Origin: an uncultured phage cr11_1
Sequence record: MT774383.1
Direction: 5' to 3' (one strand)
DNA: 40,000 bases
The stretch's first letter is position 1. The number at the start of each line of letters is the position of its first letter. The position numbers were made by a program, and so were the translations under genes. The notes under the pieces were generated by a model. The model was not told the DNA's origin and did no database searches. It worked only from the letters and a program-made list of their open reading frames with translations. Below, one piece after another: positions 25,909 to 35,832 of the stretch.

Positions 25909-28900
25909 ATGCAATTAAGTCAAATATTAAACTTTGATACTCCTTATGAACATCTTAAGGATGGTGACTTAGTTCATGCTGGAAATGTAATGATTGATAA
26001 AGATACTCAAACTATTCAGAATGAACCCGGTCTTAAAGATTTTTACATTCATGGTGTTGATGCAAATATAGTTGGACACATTGAATGTAATCAAGAATTT
26101 GTTTTATTCTTTGATAATAGTCAAATTTATCGTGTTAATGTTGATGGTAGTAATCCTAAACTTGTTGATATTCGTTGGCATTGGTGCGGCGGACAAGTGT
26201 TTGGAACTTATACTTATAATGTTAATAATGAACTTATAGTTTGTATTAGTGAACAAAATCCTACTGAAGATTGTCCTCTTAAAAGCATTAATCTTGATAA
26301 AGATAAAGATTTAAATCCTTATATAACTGATGGTAATGATGAACTTTATACAGAATTAGCTACTGCTCCGATTAGTAATTTCGGCGATGTTAGTTTTATT
26401 AATGGTTCTCGTATTAAGAAAGGAACTTATATCTTTTTTATTCGTTATTGGATTGATGATTATTATAAAACTATATGGTTTCCTATTGGCTATCCTGTAC
26501 ATGTTACTGATATAGCCGCTCTTCAAACTCCTAAAACTGTATTTAGCTATTCCGGAAATTCTACTGTTGGTAGTGGTAGTATTCAAGATTATTATAATGA
26601 AGATGATGATTATACTAATACTAATCCTCAAATTCAAGTTCGTATTTATACTGATACTATTAAAGCATATAATAAATATCAATTAGGTGCAATCATTAAT
26701 GGTAATGCTTCTACCGAAGCTGTTGTATGGAAAGCAAAAAGTATTACCGCTCTTGTTACATTTGATATTGATAATAATTTTGAAACTATTTCTCTCGATG
26801 AACTTACTAATGAACCTTTTAATTTTTATAACGTAAAAGCTCTTGATAATTATCGAAACAGAGTTTATTTAGGTAATTATAAAATTGCTAATAAAAATTC
26901 TGTTTTTGAAAAACATAAAGATTATCTTAACGAGCAAATGGCGAAAGTTGTTATTAGTGCTGTTGATAGACGAGAGGGTAGTTATCCTACTTCTGCCGAA
27001 GCTATAAATTTCTTCAAGCCGAAACCTGGTCGTCGTGGTATTTATACTTTCTTTATTCATTATGTTTATCCGAACGGTACTTATACTGATGGTTATCCAA
27101 TTAATACTATCAATAACGGCGCTAATGATGTCGGTGGAATTAATCTTAAAGCTGAAAGAATAACTCTTGCTAATGGAGAAAGTCTTTATCGTTATAGTTG
27201 TCCTACTAATTTATTATATCTTGGTGGAGTTGTTTTTGAACATCTTCCTATGCTTGAAGGGTTTGTCGGTTATTTCATTAGTTATGAACAACCAAAATAT
27301 GCTGATGTTGGTAGTGGTTTTATAACTAAAGATGATAAATCTTTATATGATGTTAAAAACGAACAAGTTGGTGGTAGTAATTTTAGATTTAATTATCCAG
27401 AGTTTAGCATAATTGGCGGTTCTACTAATGCTAATAAAATATCTGATACTTGTTTGTTTAATTTAGATACAGTTAATGATAATCTAAATGCTATTCTTAC
27501 ATATAATAGTAAAGCTGATGAGAAAATAACTGGTATTGAAAAGACGGAAGTTATTCCTCCGAATAGTTATTCTAATCGTGGTAAAGAGGGTGCTCTTCGT
27601 ATTAGTACAGCTAATCAAGCTTCTCATACTCGTCAAGGTTTAGTTCTTTCTGATATTTATACTGATGATATTACTGATTTTTATGTTGATGTTGACAAAA
27701 ATCTTATATCGTTAGGATATATAGAATATATAAAAGATGTCGTTACTGATGGTAGTGTTAATTATACTTATGGTAGTCTTGAACGTAGAGCAAATAATAC
27801 TACTGTTTATCCTGTATATGCTTGGAACTATTATTGGAATTTAAGTACAATATATACTTATCATAGTCGTGGTGTTATTTTTAGCGATGTTAATTGGAAT
27901 CCGTATGATGCTACTGATAATACAGAATTTTTCAAAGAAGGAAATACTGTTGCTAATAAACCTTTATTATATAGTTTTACTTTTGTTCATGAAAGTCATT
28001 ATTTCCTAATGGGAAAGAAAATGAATATTAGTCCTCGAACATTATATTATAATATTAGTAGTGGCGAAACTAATACACAAGTTGCTAATTTAATAATTGA
28101 TGCTTCTCGTATAAATGATTTATATGTTCTTGATGCTAATTATTATAATTATTATCGTAGAATTATAGTTAATTATAATAAGAAGAATGATTTATATAAG
28201 AAAGAATTTTATGGTAAGACTGTTTATCGAACAGATGTTATTGGCGACGAAAGTATTGCTAATAGTTGGAAACATATTTCTCCTGAAGCTTATAAAATTA
28301 TTTCTGAAAATAAAGGTGATATAACTAATATAGTTGGTATTGATACTTATCTTCTTGTACATACTGAAAAATCTTTGTTTGCTTTTAATGTTAATAATCA
28401 ACTTAAAACTGCTGAACAAGATGTTCAGATGTTAATGCCAGATGTATTTGAAGTTGAATATAAAGAAATGTTCTCAAGTAAATATGGTATTGCTGGTTTT
28501 CAAGATTTTGTTTCTTATATAGTCGGTGATTTCGGTTATATATTCTATGATAGAAATTCAAAGAAACTATATAATTTTAATGGTAGTAATATCGAAGATA
28601 TTGATGGAAATATAAGTAAATTTATTCATACTTTTAATGCTGATTATATTTATATGGGATATGATACTGCTAATGCTCGTTTGATGTTTAACTTTATAAA
28701 AGAAAATAAATCTCGTATTAAACAAAGTTGTATATTTAGTTATAGTCTTTATAATAATAATTGGATTAGTACTCATAGTTATACTTCTGATTATAAATTT
28801 ATTACTCTAAAAGATAATTTTTATATTGTTGATAAGATTCAAGGAATGTATCGTATTCGTGAATTTGATAATGAAAATTATAATGAATATAATGATGATA

Positions 28901-29379
28901 ATCTTAATCCGTTTATGAATAACGAAGTTATTGATGATAAACTTTGTTCGTATGTTGATGTTTATTTTAATAATAATAATAGTTATAATACTATTAAGAT
29001 ATTAAACTTTATTACTTATATTATTAATAAAGAAAAGAATGATAATTTTGATGTTCTTGGTTGTTATATTTATACTAATTGCTGTTATTCAGATTATTGT
29101 AATTTGCTTGAAGAAAGAAAAAGTGTTGCTGAATATAAGAAACCTTATTTAGAATATGGTCGTTGGAATTATAATTGGTTTAGTAATAAACTTAATAGTT
29201 TTGAAGAACAAGAAGTTGTTAATCGTATTACAGGAATTATAAACGATAATCTTGAATATAATCAAACTGCTGTTGATGCTAAATTAATAGTTGGTAAATA
29301 TTGTGTTATTAGATTTGTATTTAGAAATACTAATAAGAAAGTTTTAATCAAAGATATACAAGCGTATTTTAATAAATAA
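25909..29379 (+). CDS. Very large tail protein (crAss-like tail tip/'muzzle'-type candidate)
   Basis: 1156-aa beta-rich, Tyr/Asn-rich ORF directly after the ring-protein cluster. Confidence 0.5.
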   Translation: MQLSQILNFDTPYEHLKDGDLVHAGNVMIDKDTQTIQNEPGLKDFYIHGVDANIVGHIECNQEFVLFFDNSQIYRVNVDGSNPKLVDIRWHWCGGQVFGTYTYNVNNELIVCISEQNPTEDCPLKSINLDKDKDLNPYITDGNDELYTELATAPISNFGDVSFINGSRIKKGTYIFFIRYWIDDYYKTIWFPIGYPVHVTDIAALQTPKTVFSYSGNSTVGSGSIQDYYNEDDDYTNTNPQIQVRIYTDTIKAYNKYQLGAIINGNASTEAVVWKAKSITALVTFDIDNNFETISLDELTNEPFNFYNVKALDNYRNRVYLGNYKIANKNSVFEKHKDYLNEQMAKVVISAVDRREGSYPTSAEAINFFKPKPGRRGIYTFFIHYVYPNGTYTDGYPINTINNGANDVGGINLKAERITLANGESLYRYSCPTNLLYLGGVVFEHLPMLEGFVGYFISYEQPKYADVGSGFITKDDKSLYDVKNEQVGGSNFRFNYPEFSIIGGSTNANKISDTCLFNLDTVNDNLNAILTYNSKADEKITGIEKTEVIPPNSYSNRGKEGALRISTANQASHTRQGLVLSDIYTDDITDFYVDVDKNLISLGYIEYIKDVVTDGSVNYTYGSLERRANNTTVYPVYAWNYYWNLSTIYTYHSRGVIFSDVNWNPYDATDNTEFFKEGNTVANKPLLYSFTFVHESHYFLMGKKMNISPRTLYYNISSGETNTQVANLIIDASRINDLYVLDANYYNYYRRIIVNYNKKNDLYKKEFYGKTVYRTDVIGDESIANSWKHISPEAYKIISENKGDITNIVGIDTYLLVHTEKSLFAFNVNNQLKTAEQDVQMLMPDVFEVEYKEMFSSKYGIAGFQDFVSYIVGDFGYIFYDRNSKKLYNFNGSNIEDIDGNISKFIHTFNADYIYMGYDTANARLMFNFIKENKSRIKQSCIFSYSLYNNNWISTHSYTSDYKFITLKDNFYIVDKIQGMYRIREFDNENYNEYNDDNLNPFMNNEVIDDKLCSYVDVYFNNNNSYNTIKILNFITYIINKEKNDNFDVLGCYIYTNCCYSDYCNLLEERKSVAEYKKPYLEYGRWNYNWFSNKLNSFEEQEVVNRITGIINDNLEYNQTAVDAKLIVGKYCVIRFVFRNTNKKVLIKDIQAYFNK

Positions 29380-29382
29380 GAT

Positions 29383-30189
29383 ATGGAAACTAAATATGTA
29401 GATAGAGATAAAGCTTTTTGGGGTGCTGCAATCGGTGCTGTTGGTAGTATTATTGGTGGTTTGTTTGGTAGTAAGAAAAGAAAAAAACAAGCCGAGGCTC
29501 AACGTCAAGCTGAAATGATTAATTATCAGAATCAACAAAATGCTATTAATACTCAATACCAAAATACTCAAAATGCTATTGATGCTCAATATGAACAGAA
29601 TGTTCTAAATGTTAAAGCTCAAGAAGAACTTAATCGACAGCAAAATGAACTTGCTGCTAAAAAGACTGGCATCGAAAACGCTGCCGGTCTTACGTCGTTA
29701 TATACAAATGAATCTGAATTAAACAAAGAATTTCGTAATAGATTCATGCGTTGTGGTGGTGGACGAAAAGTTCGTAAATGTGGCGGAAGTAATAAGAAAG
29801 CTTGTGGTGGTAGAAAGAAAGCTGCGTTTGGTACATGGACAAATAATACCACTAATACTCTTATAGGTACTGTTGGAAATGTTGTTGGAAATGCTATTGC
29901 CGGAAGTGGTGGTTATACTCCTACTCCCAAATTACTTAATTATAAAATTAATACTTATAGAACTTATAAGCCCGCTGAATTAGAAGTTTATGATGATGTT
30001 GCTGATAAATTCAATGTTCGTAAAACTGGCGAAAATACTGCCAAATATGCCAATGCTCAAAATAATAATGTTGCTGCTATGAATACTCTTGGTCAAAATC
30101 CTACTGCTGCTATTACTGCTATTTCGCAAATACAGTCACCTCGATATGCTTGTGGTGGGGGTAAAAAAGTACGTAAACGTAAACGCTGA
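29383..30189 (+). CDS. Virion protein with Cys-Gly-Gly basic motifs (cargo-like)
   Basis: 268 aa: Gly-rich hydrophobic N-terminus, QNQQNA coiled region, then RCGGGRKVRKCGGSNKKACGGRKKAAFG and terminal YACGGGKKVRKRKR. Confidence 0.5.
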   Translation: METKYVDRDKAFWGAAIGAVGSIIGGLFGSKKRKKQAEAQRQAEMINYQNQQNAINTQYQNTQNAIDAQYEQNVLNVKAQEELNRQQNELAAKKTGIENAAGLTSLYTNESELNKEFRNRFMRCGGGRKVRKCGGSNKKACGGRKKAAFGTWTNNTTNTLIGTVGNVVGNAIAGSGGYTPTPKLLNYKINTYRTYKPAELEVYDDVADKFNVRKTGENTAKYANAQNNNVAAMNTLGQNPTAAITAISQIQSPRYACGGGKKVRKRKR

Positions 30190-30279
30190 TGCTATTTGCT
30201 TGCCCGTCATGGCATTTTCATATCTGAAATGATTAATCCATCACGATTTAGATTGCATGCCGTGACGAGCCTTAAAATA
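30183..30279 (+). repeat. Copy B of the two-copy ~97-nt intergenic element
   Basis: Gap-free alignment with 17395-17491. Contains an 11-pair stem CGTCATGGCAT (30205-30215) / ATGCCGTGACG (30257-30267). Confidence 0.75.
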
Positions 30280-30299
30280 ACTAAATAAAAATTATTGAC

Positions 30300-33212
30300 A
30301 TGGCAAAAAATAAAGCTAAAGATGGTATTGTAGTTAATGCTGGTAATGGTAATTATATTCCTAATATTGTTCGTGGAGGAGCTGCTATTCCTATTGGTAA
30401 GAAAAATTTCTATTATATGCAAGGTAGAAAACATGAACAAGGTGGTATTGATGTTGGTCGTAATGCTAAAACCGGTCTTGAAGTTGAGGGAGAAGAAGTT
30501 ATGCAAGTTACTCCTAATGAAGTAAGAGTCTATTCCTCTGTTCCTTTCCTACGGGGGGTCTCACCTGCTGAATTAGTCTTAAACGGTGCTGATGCAAATA
30601 AAGTTTTTGCTGCTCAAGAAAAATATAAAGATAATAATAGAATTAATGATGATGGAACTAAATATCGTACTGGCGGTAATATTTATAAACAAAATGTTAA
30701 AACTGTTGTTGCCGATAATACTAATATTAATAAACCTATTATATTTGATACAGTTGAAAGAGTTGTTTCTTCTTCTGATAAATTAAATGTTCCTATTGGA
30801 ACTAAATATTCTGAACTTTCTTCTAAACAAAAAATTCAATTATTATCTTCAGATAAATTAAATAAAGATAAAAAAGGACTTAAAATTGTTTCTCCAGAAT
30901 TTGATATATTAACAGGTATTAGAGGATTAACTAATCTTCCTAAAGGATTTATTAATAATAGTGCTACTAAAAATATTTCTACTAATTATTATAGACAAGG
31001 TTCTAAAGGATTGATAGATGATGCTAAAAAAACTGGAGTTGTTTCTGTTAAATCAGATGCTGCACCAATTTCTTCTAATGATAAAAAAGTATCTATTCTA
31101 AGAAAAACGTTTAATGTTCCTTTTTGGAGTAAAGGTGTTAAATGGTATGATGATAAAGCAAGTAATGCTAAAGATATGATTGTATCCATAGGAGATAATA
31201 ATTTAGATTGGCAAATGATAAATCAACATGGTACTTTTGTGAACGATATTAAAAAAGCTGCTTCTCGCAGAACTCCTATATATAATGGTACTGTAAATAA
31301 TACTCCGAGTAATCTTTTTGAATATTATCGTAGATACCCAATAATAGGATATAGAAATATTACTAATGGCGAACCTACAATTCCTATTACCGGTTTGGAT
31401 GCTATTGCTAATAATCTTAATGACAAAAATAAAAAACAATATGGTGGAAGTAAAACTAACAATATGAGAAAACTTGTTTCTATAAACGGTAACGTTAAAA
31501 ATGGTCTGATACATACTCCTAATCAAGATGTTCTTGCTTATAATAAAGAAAGAAAACCTCGATTTAATGGACGTTATTCTAAGCCTGGATTGCACAATCT
31601 TGAACTTCTTGTTGCTGATTTACTATTACCAAAAGGTAAAGTTAATATTGAGCCTGATGTTCCTAAACGTTTGGATTGGGTTGAAGCTCATAATAGATTA
31701 GTTGGCGCTGATATATCTCAAAAACCTTTAGATGCTAAAAAAGATAATACTAATGTTGTTCATACTATTTCTGAAACAGAAAGACGTACTCGTAAATTTG
31801 TTTGTGGTGGACGTTCTAAAGCTAAAGTTGGTAAAGGATTTAGAATTAATAATGATAAATATAATATTGGTGATACAATAACTTATAAAGATAAACAATA
31901 TATTGTTACTGATAGAAATGAAGCAAAACCTATTGATAAAAATGTAAATAGTTATGTAGATGGAATTACAGGTGCTGCTCGTAGAGTTCCTACTTCTCCT
32001 CAATTAACTCGTAATATAACTAACGGTTTAGTAAATAATGCTCCTACTTATAAGAAAAACGGAGAAACTCATTATTTCGTTGAAGCTCCAAAAGTAGATT
32101 ATGATAGTGGTACAAGTCTTGCTGATTTACAAAATCTTCTTAATCTGACCCCCCGTAAGGGAAGTAATCAATCAAGCTCATCCTCTACAGGGGGTGTTAA
32201 TAATAGAACTTCTAAATCTGCTAAACCTACTATTCAAAGAGTTAATAAATTAGCTCCTGCAACTAATGCTGAAATGGCTGGTATTAGAAGAGGTCTTGAA
32301 CCATTACTACAAAATACTATTGTAGATAAACTTAATAAAAGTGTTGATAACGATTTGAATGTTATGCCTGTTCAAGATGATGTTGCTAAAACTCGCAATA
32401 TGGATAATATTCTTTTAGGAGTTAATCTCGGTAGTTCTGTTTTAGATGCTGTAATGGGAAACATTTATGCTAATCAAATGCATGGATATACTGCTCCAAA
32501 TATTACTGCTCCTACTATTAAGAATCCTGGAGAAATTAAACTTAATGAGGAAGATTTAAAAGATATTCCTGCTCCTATTCTTATGGCTGCTGCTAAATTA
32601 AAAACTCGTTATAACGCTAATCCTCAGCTTAGTAAAATTGAAGATGATACTCGTCGTATAATGGGCGAGATTGGTCGTAATACTTCTAATAGTCGTGTTG
32701 CTCTTGCTCGTAAACAACGTGCTGCTTTACAAGGACAGCAAGCTAAGAATGAAGTTTATGGACGTAAAGAAAATATTGAAACTGAATTGATTAATAAAGA
32801 TAAACTTAATCAACAAGAAGTTACTGCTCGTAATCTTTCTCGTTACGACCAATATAATCAAGCTCTTGCCGCTCAACGAGCTAATCGTGCAAGACTTAAA
32901 CTTGCTGCTGATACTGCAAATATACAAAACAAACTTGCTGTTAATACTGCTAATGCAAATCTTAAATCTCAAGCTGATAGATTTAATGCTACTAATAGAA
33001 TTAATCAACTTATACATCAAGCTGGTATTGATGCTGCTAAAGCTGAAGCACGTTCAAGCATATTTAGCGGTATGTTAGGTAATATTGGTAGTGCTCTTAA
33101 TACTTGGAACAGAAATAAACGTCAAGCTAAACTTGATGAAGAAACTCTTAGAGTTCTTGGTTTGCGTGCTCCTAATGCAAATAAACTTGTTCTTAGTGTT
33201 CTTGGTTATTAA
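30300..33212 (+). CDS. Large virion protein, N-terminal 'KHEQGGIDVGRNAKTGLEVEGEEVMQVTPNEVRVYSS' domain, helical C-terminus
   Basis: 970-aa ORF in the late structural cluster. The helical Ala/Gln/Asn C-terminus suggests an ejected or internal protein. Confidence 0.5.
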   Translation: MAKNKAKDGIVVNAGNGNYIPNIVRGGAAIPIGKKNFYYMQGRKHEQGGIDVGRNAKTGLEVEGEEVMQVTPNEVRVYSSVPFLRGVSPAELVLNGADANKVFAAQEKYKDNNRINDDGTKYRTGGNIYKQNVKTVVADNTNINKPIIFDTVERVVSSSDKLNVPIGTKYSELSSKQKIQLLSSDKLNKDKKGLKIVSPEFDILTGIRGLTNLPKGFINNSATKNISTNYYRQGSKGLIDDAKKTGVVSVKSDAAPISSNDKKVSILRKTFNVPFWSKGVKWYDDKASNAKDMIVSIGDNNLDWQMINQHGTFVNDIKKAASRRTPIYNGTVNNTPSNLFEYYRRYPIIGYRNITNGEPTIPITGLDAIANNLNDKNKKQYGGSKTNNMRKLVSINGNVKNGLIHTPNQDVLAYNKERKPRFNGRYSKPGLHNLELLVADLLLPKGKVNIEPDVPKRLDWVEAHNRLVGADISQKPLDAKKDNTNVVHTISETERRTRKFVCGGRSKAKVGKGFRINNDKYNIGDTITYKDKQYIVTDRNEAKPIDKNVNSYVDGITGAARRVPTSPQLTRNITNGLVNNAPTYKKNGETHYFVEAPKVDYDSGTSLADLQNLLNLTPRKGSNQSSSSSTGGVNNRTSKSAKPTIQRVNKLAPATNAEMAGIRRGLEPLLQNTIVDKLNKSVDNDLNVMPVQDDVAKTRNMDNILLGVNLGSSVLDAVMGNIYANQMHGYTAPNITAPTIKNPGEIKLNEEDLKDIPAPILMAAAKLKTRYNANPQLSKIEDDTRRIMGEIGRNTSNSRVALARKQRAALQGQQAKNEVYGRKENIETELINKDKLNQQEVTARNLSRYDQYNQALAAQRANRARLKLAADTANIQNKLAVNTANANLKSQADRFNATNRINQLIHQAGIDAAKAEARSSIFSGMLGNIGSALNTWNRNKRQAKLDEETLRVLGLRAPNANKLVLSVLGY
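30545..30562 (+). repeat. GC-rich dispersed motif copy 10: TTTCCTACGGGGGGTCTC
   Basis: Right half identical to the consensus, in a different reading frame from most coding copies. Confidence 0.75.
32147..32163 (-). repeat. GC-rich dispersed motif copy 11: TTCCCTTACGGGGGGTC
   Basis: Reverse complement of GACCCCCCGTAAGGGAA; shares the CCCTTACGGGGGGT variant with 5711-5728. Confidence 0.8.
32180..32197 (+). repeat. GC-rich dispersed motif copy 12: ATCCTCTACAGGGGGTGT
   Basis: One substitution (CGG to CAG). Confidence 0.85.
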
Positions 33213-33230
33213 TTTTAAAACAATATAGAT

Positions 33231-35831
33231 ATGCCTTTTGGTAGTTTTAAATCAATAGATTATAATTATGTTCCTAAACATAATTTGGAAGTTATAGGTC
33301 AAACTTATGACTATCTTCAACAAAGACATGATGCTGCTGTTGCTCAAGAAAGTGCTTTAAAAAAGCAAATTGGCGAACTTGAACTTAATGCTCAAGAAGA
33401 TGAATTTAAACAAACACTTATTAATAGTATTGAAAATAAAATTCAAGATGCTGTTGTAGGAGATTTTAAAGGTTATGCTCTTGACGAAATAATTGCCGAA
33501 GCTGGTAATGTTGCTTCTGACCCACGTGTTATTGGACGTCTTCGTGCTCAACAACAATATAAAACTTATCATGATAATCTTAATGCTCGTACTGATTTAT
33601 CAGAAGATTATAAAAATTATTATCGCCAAGTTAATACTTATCATTATGAAGATAAGTTAGATGCTGCTGGAAATATAATTGGTGGTACTGAATGGAAACC
33701 GGAAAAACAAGAAGTTAGTGAAGTGCCTGCTTCTGTTATTTATAATGAAGCCTTGAAAATTGCTCAAGCTGATGCTGGCGGTGGAGAAAGTTATAGCTTT
33801 CTTGATGTTAATGGTAATCCTACAAGTGATTATACTAAATCTGCTACTGGAGAAATGTTTATGAAAAGTGGTAATAAATGGGAAAGACTTAGTGAGGATA
33901 AACTTCAACACGCTATTGATGCTGCTATTGAGGGAACTCCTGGTGCAAAAGCAAGTCTTCAACAAGATTATGAGATTGCTCTTTGGAAAGATAAAACTCA
34001 ATCTAAAAATGCTGATGTTCGCGATAATAATGGCAATCTTATGAATTATGATGAATTTATTAATCGTCGTTTTAATAACTTTAAAAAAGCTGCTGCTTAT
34101 AATAGAAGTTATAATACTTCTGAATTTGGTACTGCTTTAGCTTCTGCTAAGAAAATTGCAGCTACAAGTGGTGGTGTAGCCAATGATAATAATTTTGCTA
34201 ATGTTATAGTAGACGGAGCACCTCTTGTTGCCAAAAATGAAAGTGCGATAGAAGCTCGTGCTAATATTCAGAATGGTAAATCTATTGTTGCAGATATATT
34301 TTCTCGTAATGGTATTCAAGGAGATATTAATTCTATGGATACTGCCGCTCTTCGCCAACATGCTAACTCATTGCCAAATAGTCCTGAAAAACTTGAAGCT
34401 CTTAATGCTATCAAATCTATTGAAGATAACACAGAATTTATGAATAAAATTCTTGGAGTTAATGCTGGTACAGAAGCTGGTAACGCTTTTGAAACTTATA
34501 CTGCTCTTAGCTCTGGTACTGATATTCCGGACAATCAATTCCGAAATGGTGTAAATCAATATATGGATGCTATATTTGATGAAAATACTTATGCTGTTAG
34601 ACAATATCTTAATGATGATGAATATACTACTCTTGTTAAAAACTTAGGTGGTGACAATGCTCTTAAATCTTTAGGTATTAGAATTGGTAGAGAGAATGGA
34701 ATGCAATACGTTGAGCTTCCTCGTCAAGCTAAAAACAATACATTTAATTTCTCTAAAGCTGTAAGAGATGCTCGTAATCAAAATACAAATTTGTTTAAAG
34801 AAATGATACAAATGCCAGGACGTGCTCTTCGTGGTCTTGGTTTTATTGATTACGATAAAACTAAAACAGTTCCTAATGCTGTTAAGATTGGTAAGAATGG
34901 AGAAAAGATTCTTGATGTTACTCCTACTGAATTATCTGCTGAAGGAACTGATTACGGTAGCAATACAAGTTTAGGTGGTATTATGAATAATTTTGCTAAT
35001 TTTGGTGATGATTTAAATCGTAATGCTGAAGCTATTATTCAACAAGATGTAACAATGCCAACAGAAATTATTGCTAATGTTAGTCCTACTCATGCACAAG
35101 CTGAATATAATCTTAAACATGGTATTGGCAAACCGGAAGATAATAAACGTATTATGGATATTGAAGAAGAGAGATTTAAACAAGCTCTTGGTAATATAGA
35201 TTTTACTCAAACTCCTAATACTTATATCTATGATGAAGATACTTCTACTTATCGAGAAATGGATACAGAAGAAGAAATGAAATATACTAATATCATTGCT
35301 AACGCTAAAGAAAACCTTACTGTTAATGGTATTATGTATTATGCTGATGGAAGTATTCGTTCTGCTGTTACCATCAAAGACCCGAAAAACCTCGAAAAAG
35401 CTCCTAAGCGTATTCAATTTGGTCTTAATCCTGTTATGTCTAAAGATTGGTTAAATGATACTAACACTAAAGCTGGTATTCGTTTATCTAAACTTCGTAG
35501 TTATAAATACGATTATAATATAGGAAATAGTCCTTATACTTCCAATATCGGCAAATATCAAATCGATAGCGATTTAAATCTTATTAATAAAAATAATAAT
35601 AAAATTATTCGTCAACTTACTCTTATTGAAGCTCAAGATTTAATAGAAAAGGATATTCGTCTTGATGAAGCAGCTAATGCTTATGTAACAGGTCAAGTTA
35701 CTGATATTAATTATTTAGCTGCTATTATTAATAGTGTTGCTGAATCTTATTCTAAATATTTATATAATACTACTGATTATAAACAAAATATTGCTAACGC
35801 TATTGGTAATAATTTAACTGAATATAGATAA
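33231..35831 (+). CDS. Large internal/cargo-like virion protein
   Basis: 866-aa, mostly helical, charged ORF. Confidence 0.5.
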   Translation: MPFGSFKSIDYNYVPKHNLEVIGQTYDYLQQRHDAAVAQESALKKQIGELELNAQEDEFKQTLINSIENKIQDAVVGDFKGYALDEIIAEAGNVASDPRVIGRLRAQQQYKTYHDNLNARTDLSEDYKNYYRQVNTYHYEDKLDAAGNIIGGTEWKPEKQEVSEVPASVIYNEALKIAQADAGGGESYSFLDVNGNPTSDYTKSATGEMFMKSGNKWERLSEDKLQHAIDAAIEGTPGAKASLQQDYEIALWKDKTQSKNADVRDNNGNLMNYDEFINRRFNNFKKAAAYNRSYNTSEFGTALASAKKIAATSGGVANDNNFANVIVDGAPLVAKNESAIEARANIQNGKSIVADIFSRNGIQGDINSMDTAALRQHANSLPNSPEKLEALNAIKSIEDNTEFMNKILGVNAGTEAGNAFETYTALSSGTDIPDNQFRNGVNQYMDAIFDENTYAVRQYLNDDEYTTLVKNLGGDNALKSLGIRIGRENGMQYVELPRQAKNNTFNFSKAVRDARNQNTNLFKEMIQMPGRALRGLGFIDYDKTKTVPNAVKIGKNGEKILDVTPTELSAEGTDYGSNTSLGGIMNNFANFGDDLNRNAEAIIQQDVTMPTEIIANVSPTHAQAEYNLKHGIGKPEDNKRIMDIEEERFKQALGNIDFTQTPNTYIYDEDTSTYREMDTEEEMKYTNIIANAKENLTVNGIMYYADGSIRSAVTIKDPKNLEKAPKRIQFGLNPVMSKDWLNDTNTKAGIRLSKLRSYKYDYNIGNSPYTSNIGKYQIDSDLNLINKNNNKIIRQLTLIEAQDLIEKDIRLDEAANAYVTGQVTDINYLAAIINSVAESYSKYLYNTTDYKQNIANAIGNNLTEYR

Positions 35832-35832
35832 T

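Noticed and set aside
30337-30786. Small plus-strand ORFs in alternative frames (62 aa and 66 aa)
   Set aside because: Leucine/lysine-rich frame-shifted readings of the 970-aa ORF; no coding-like composition.
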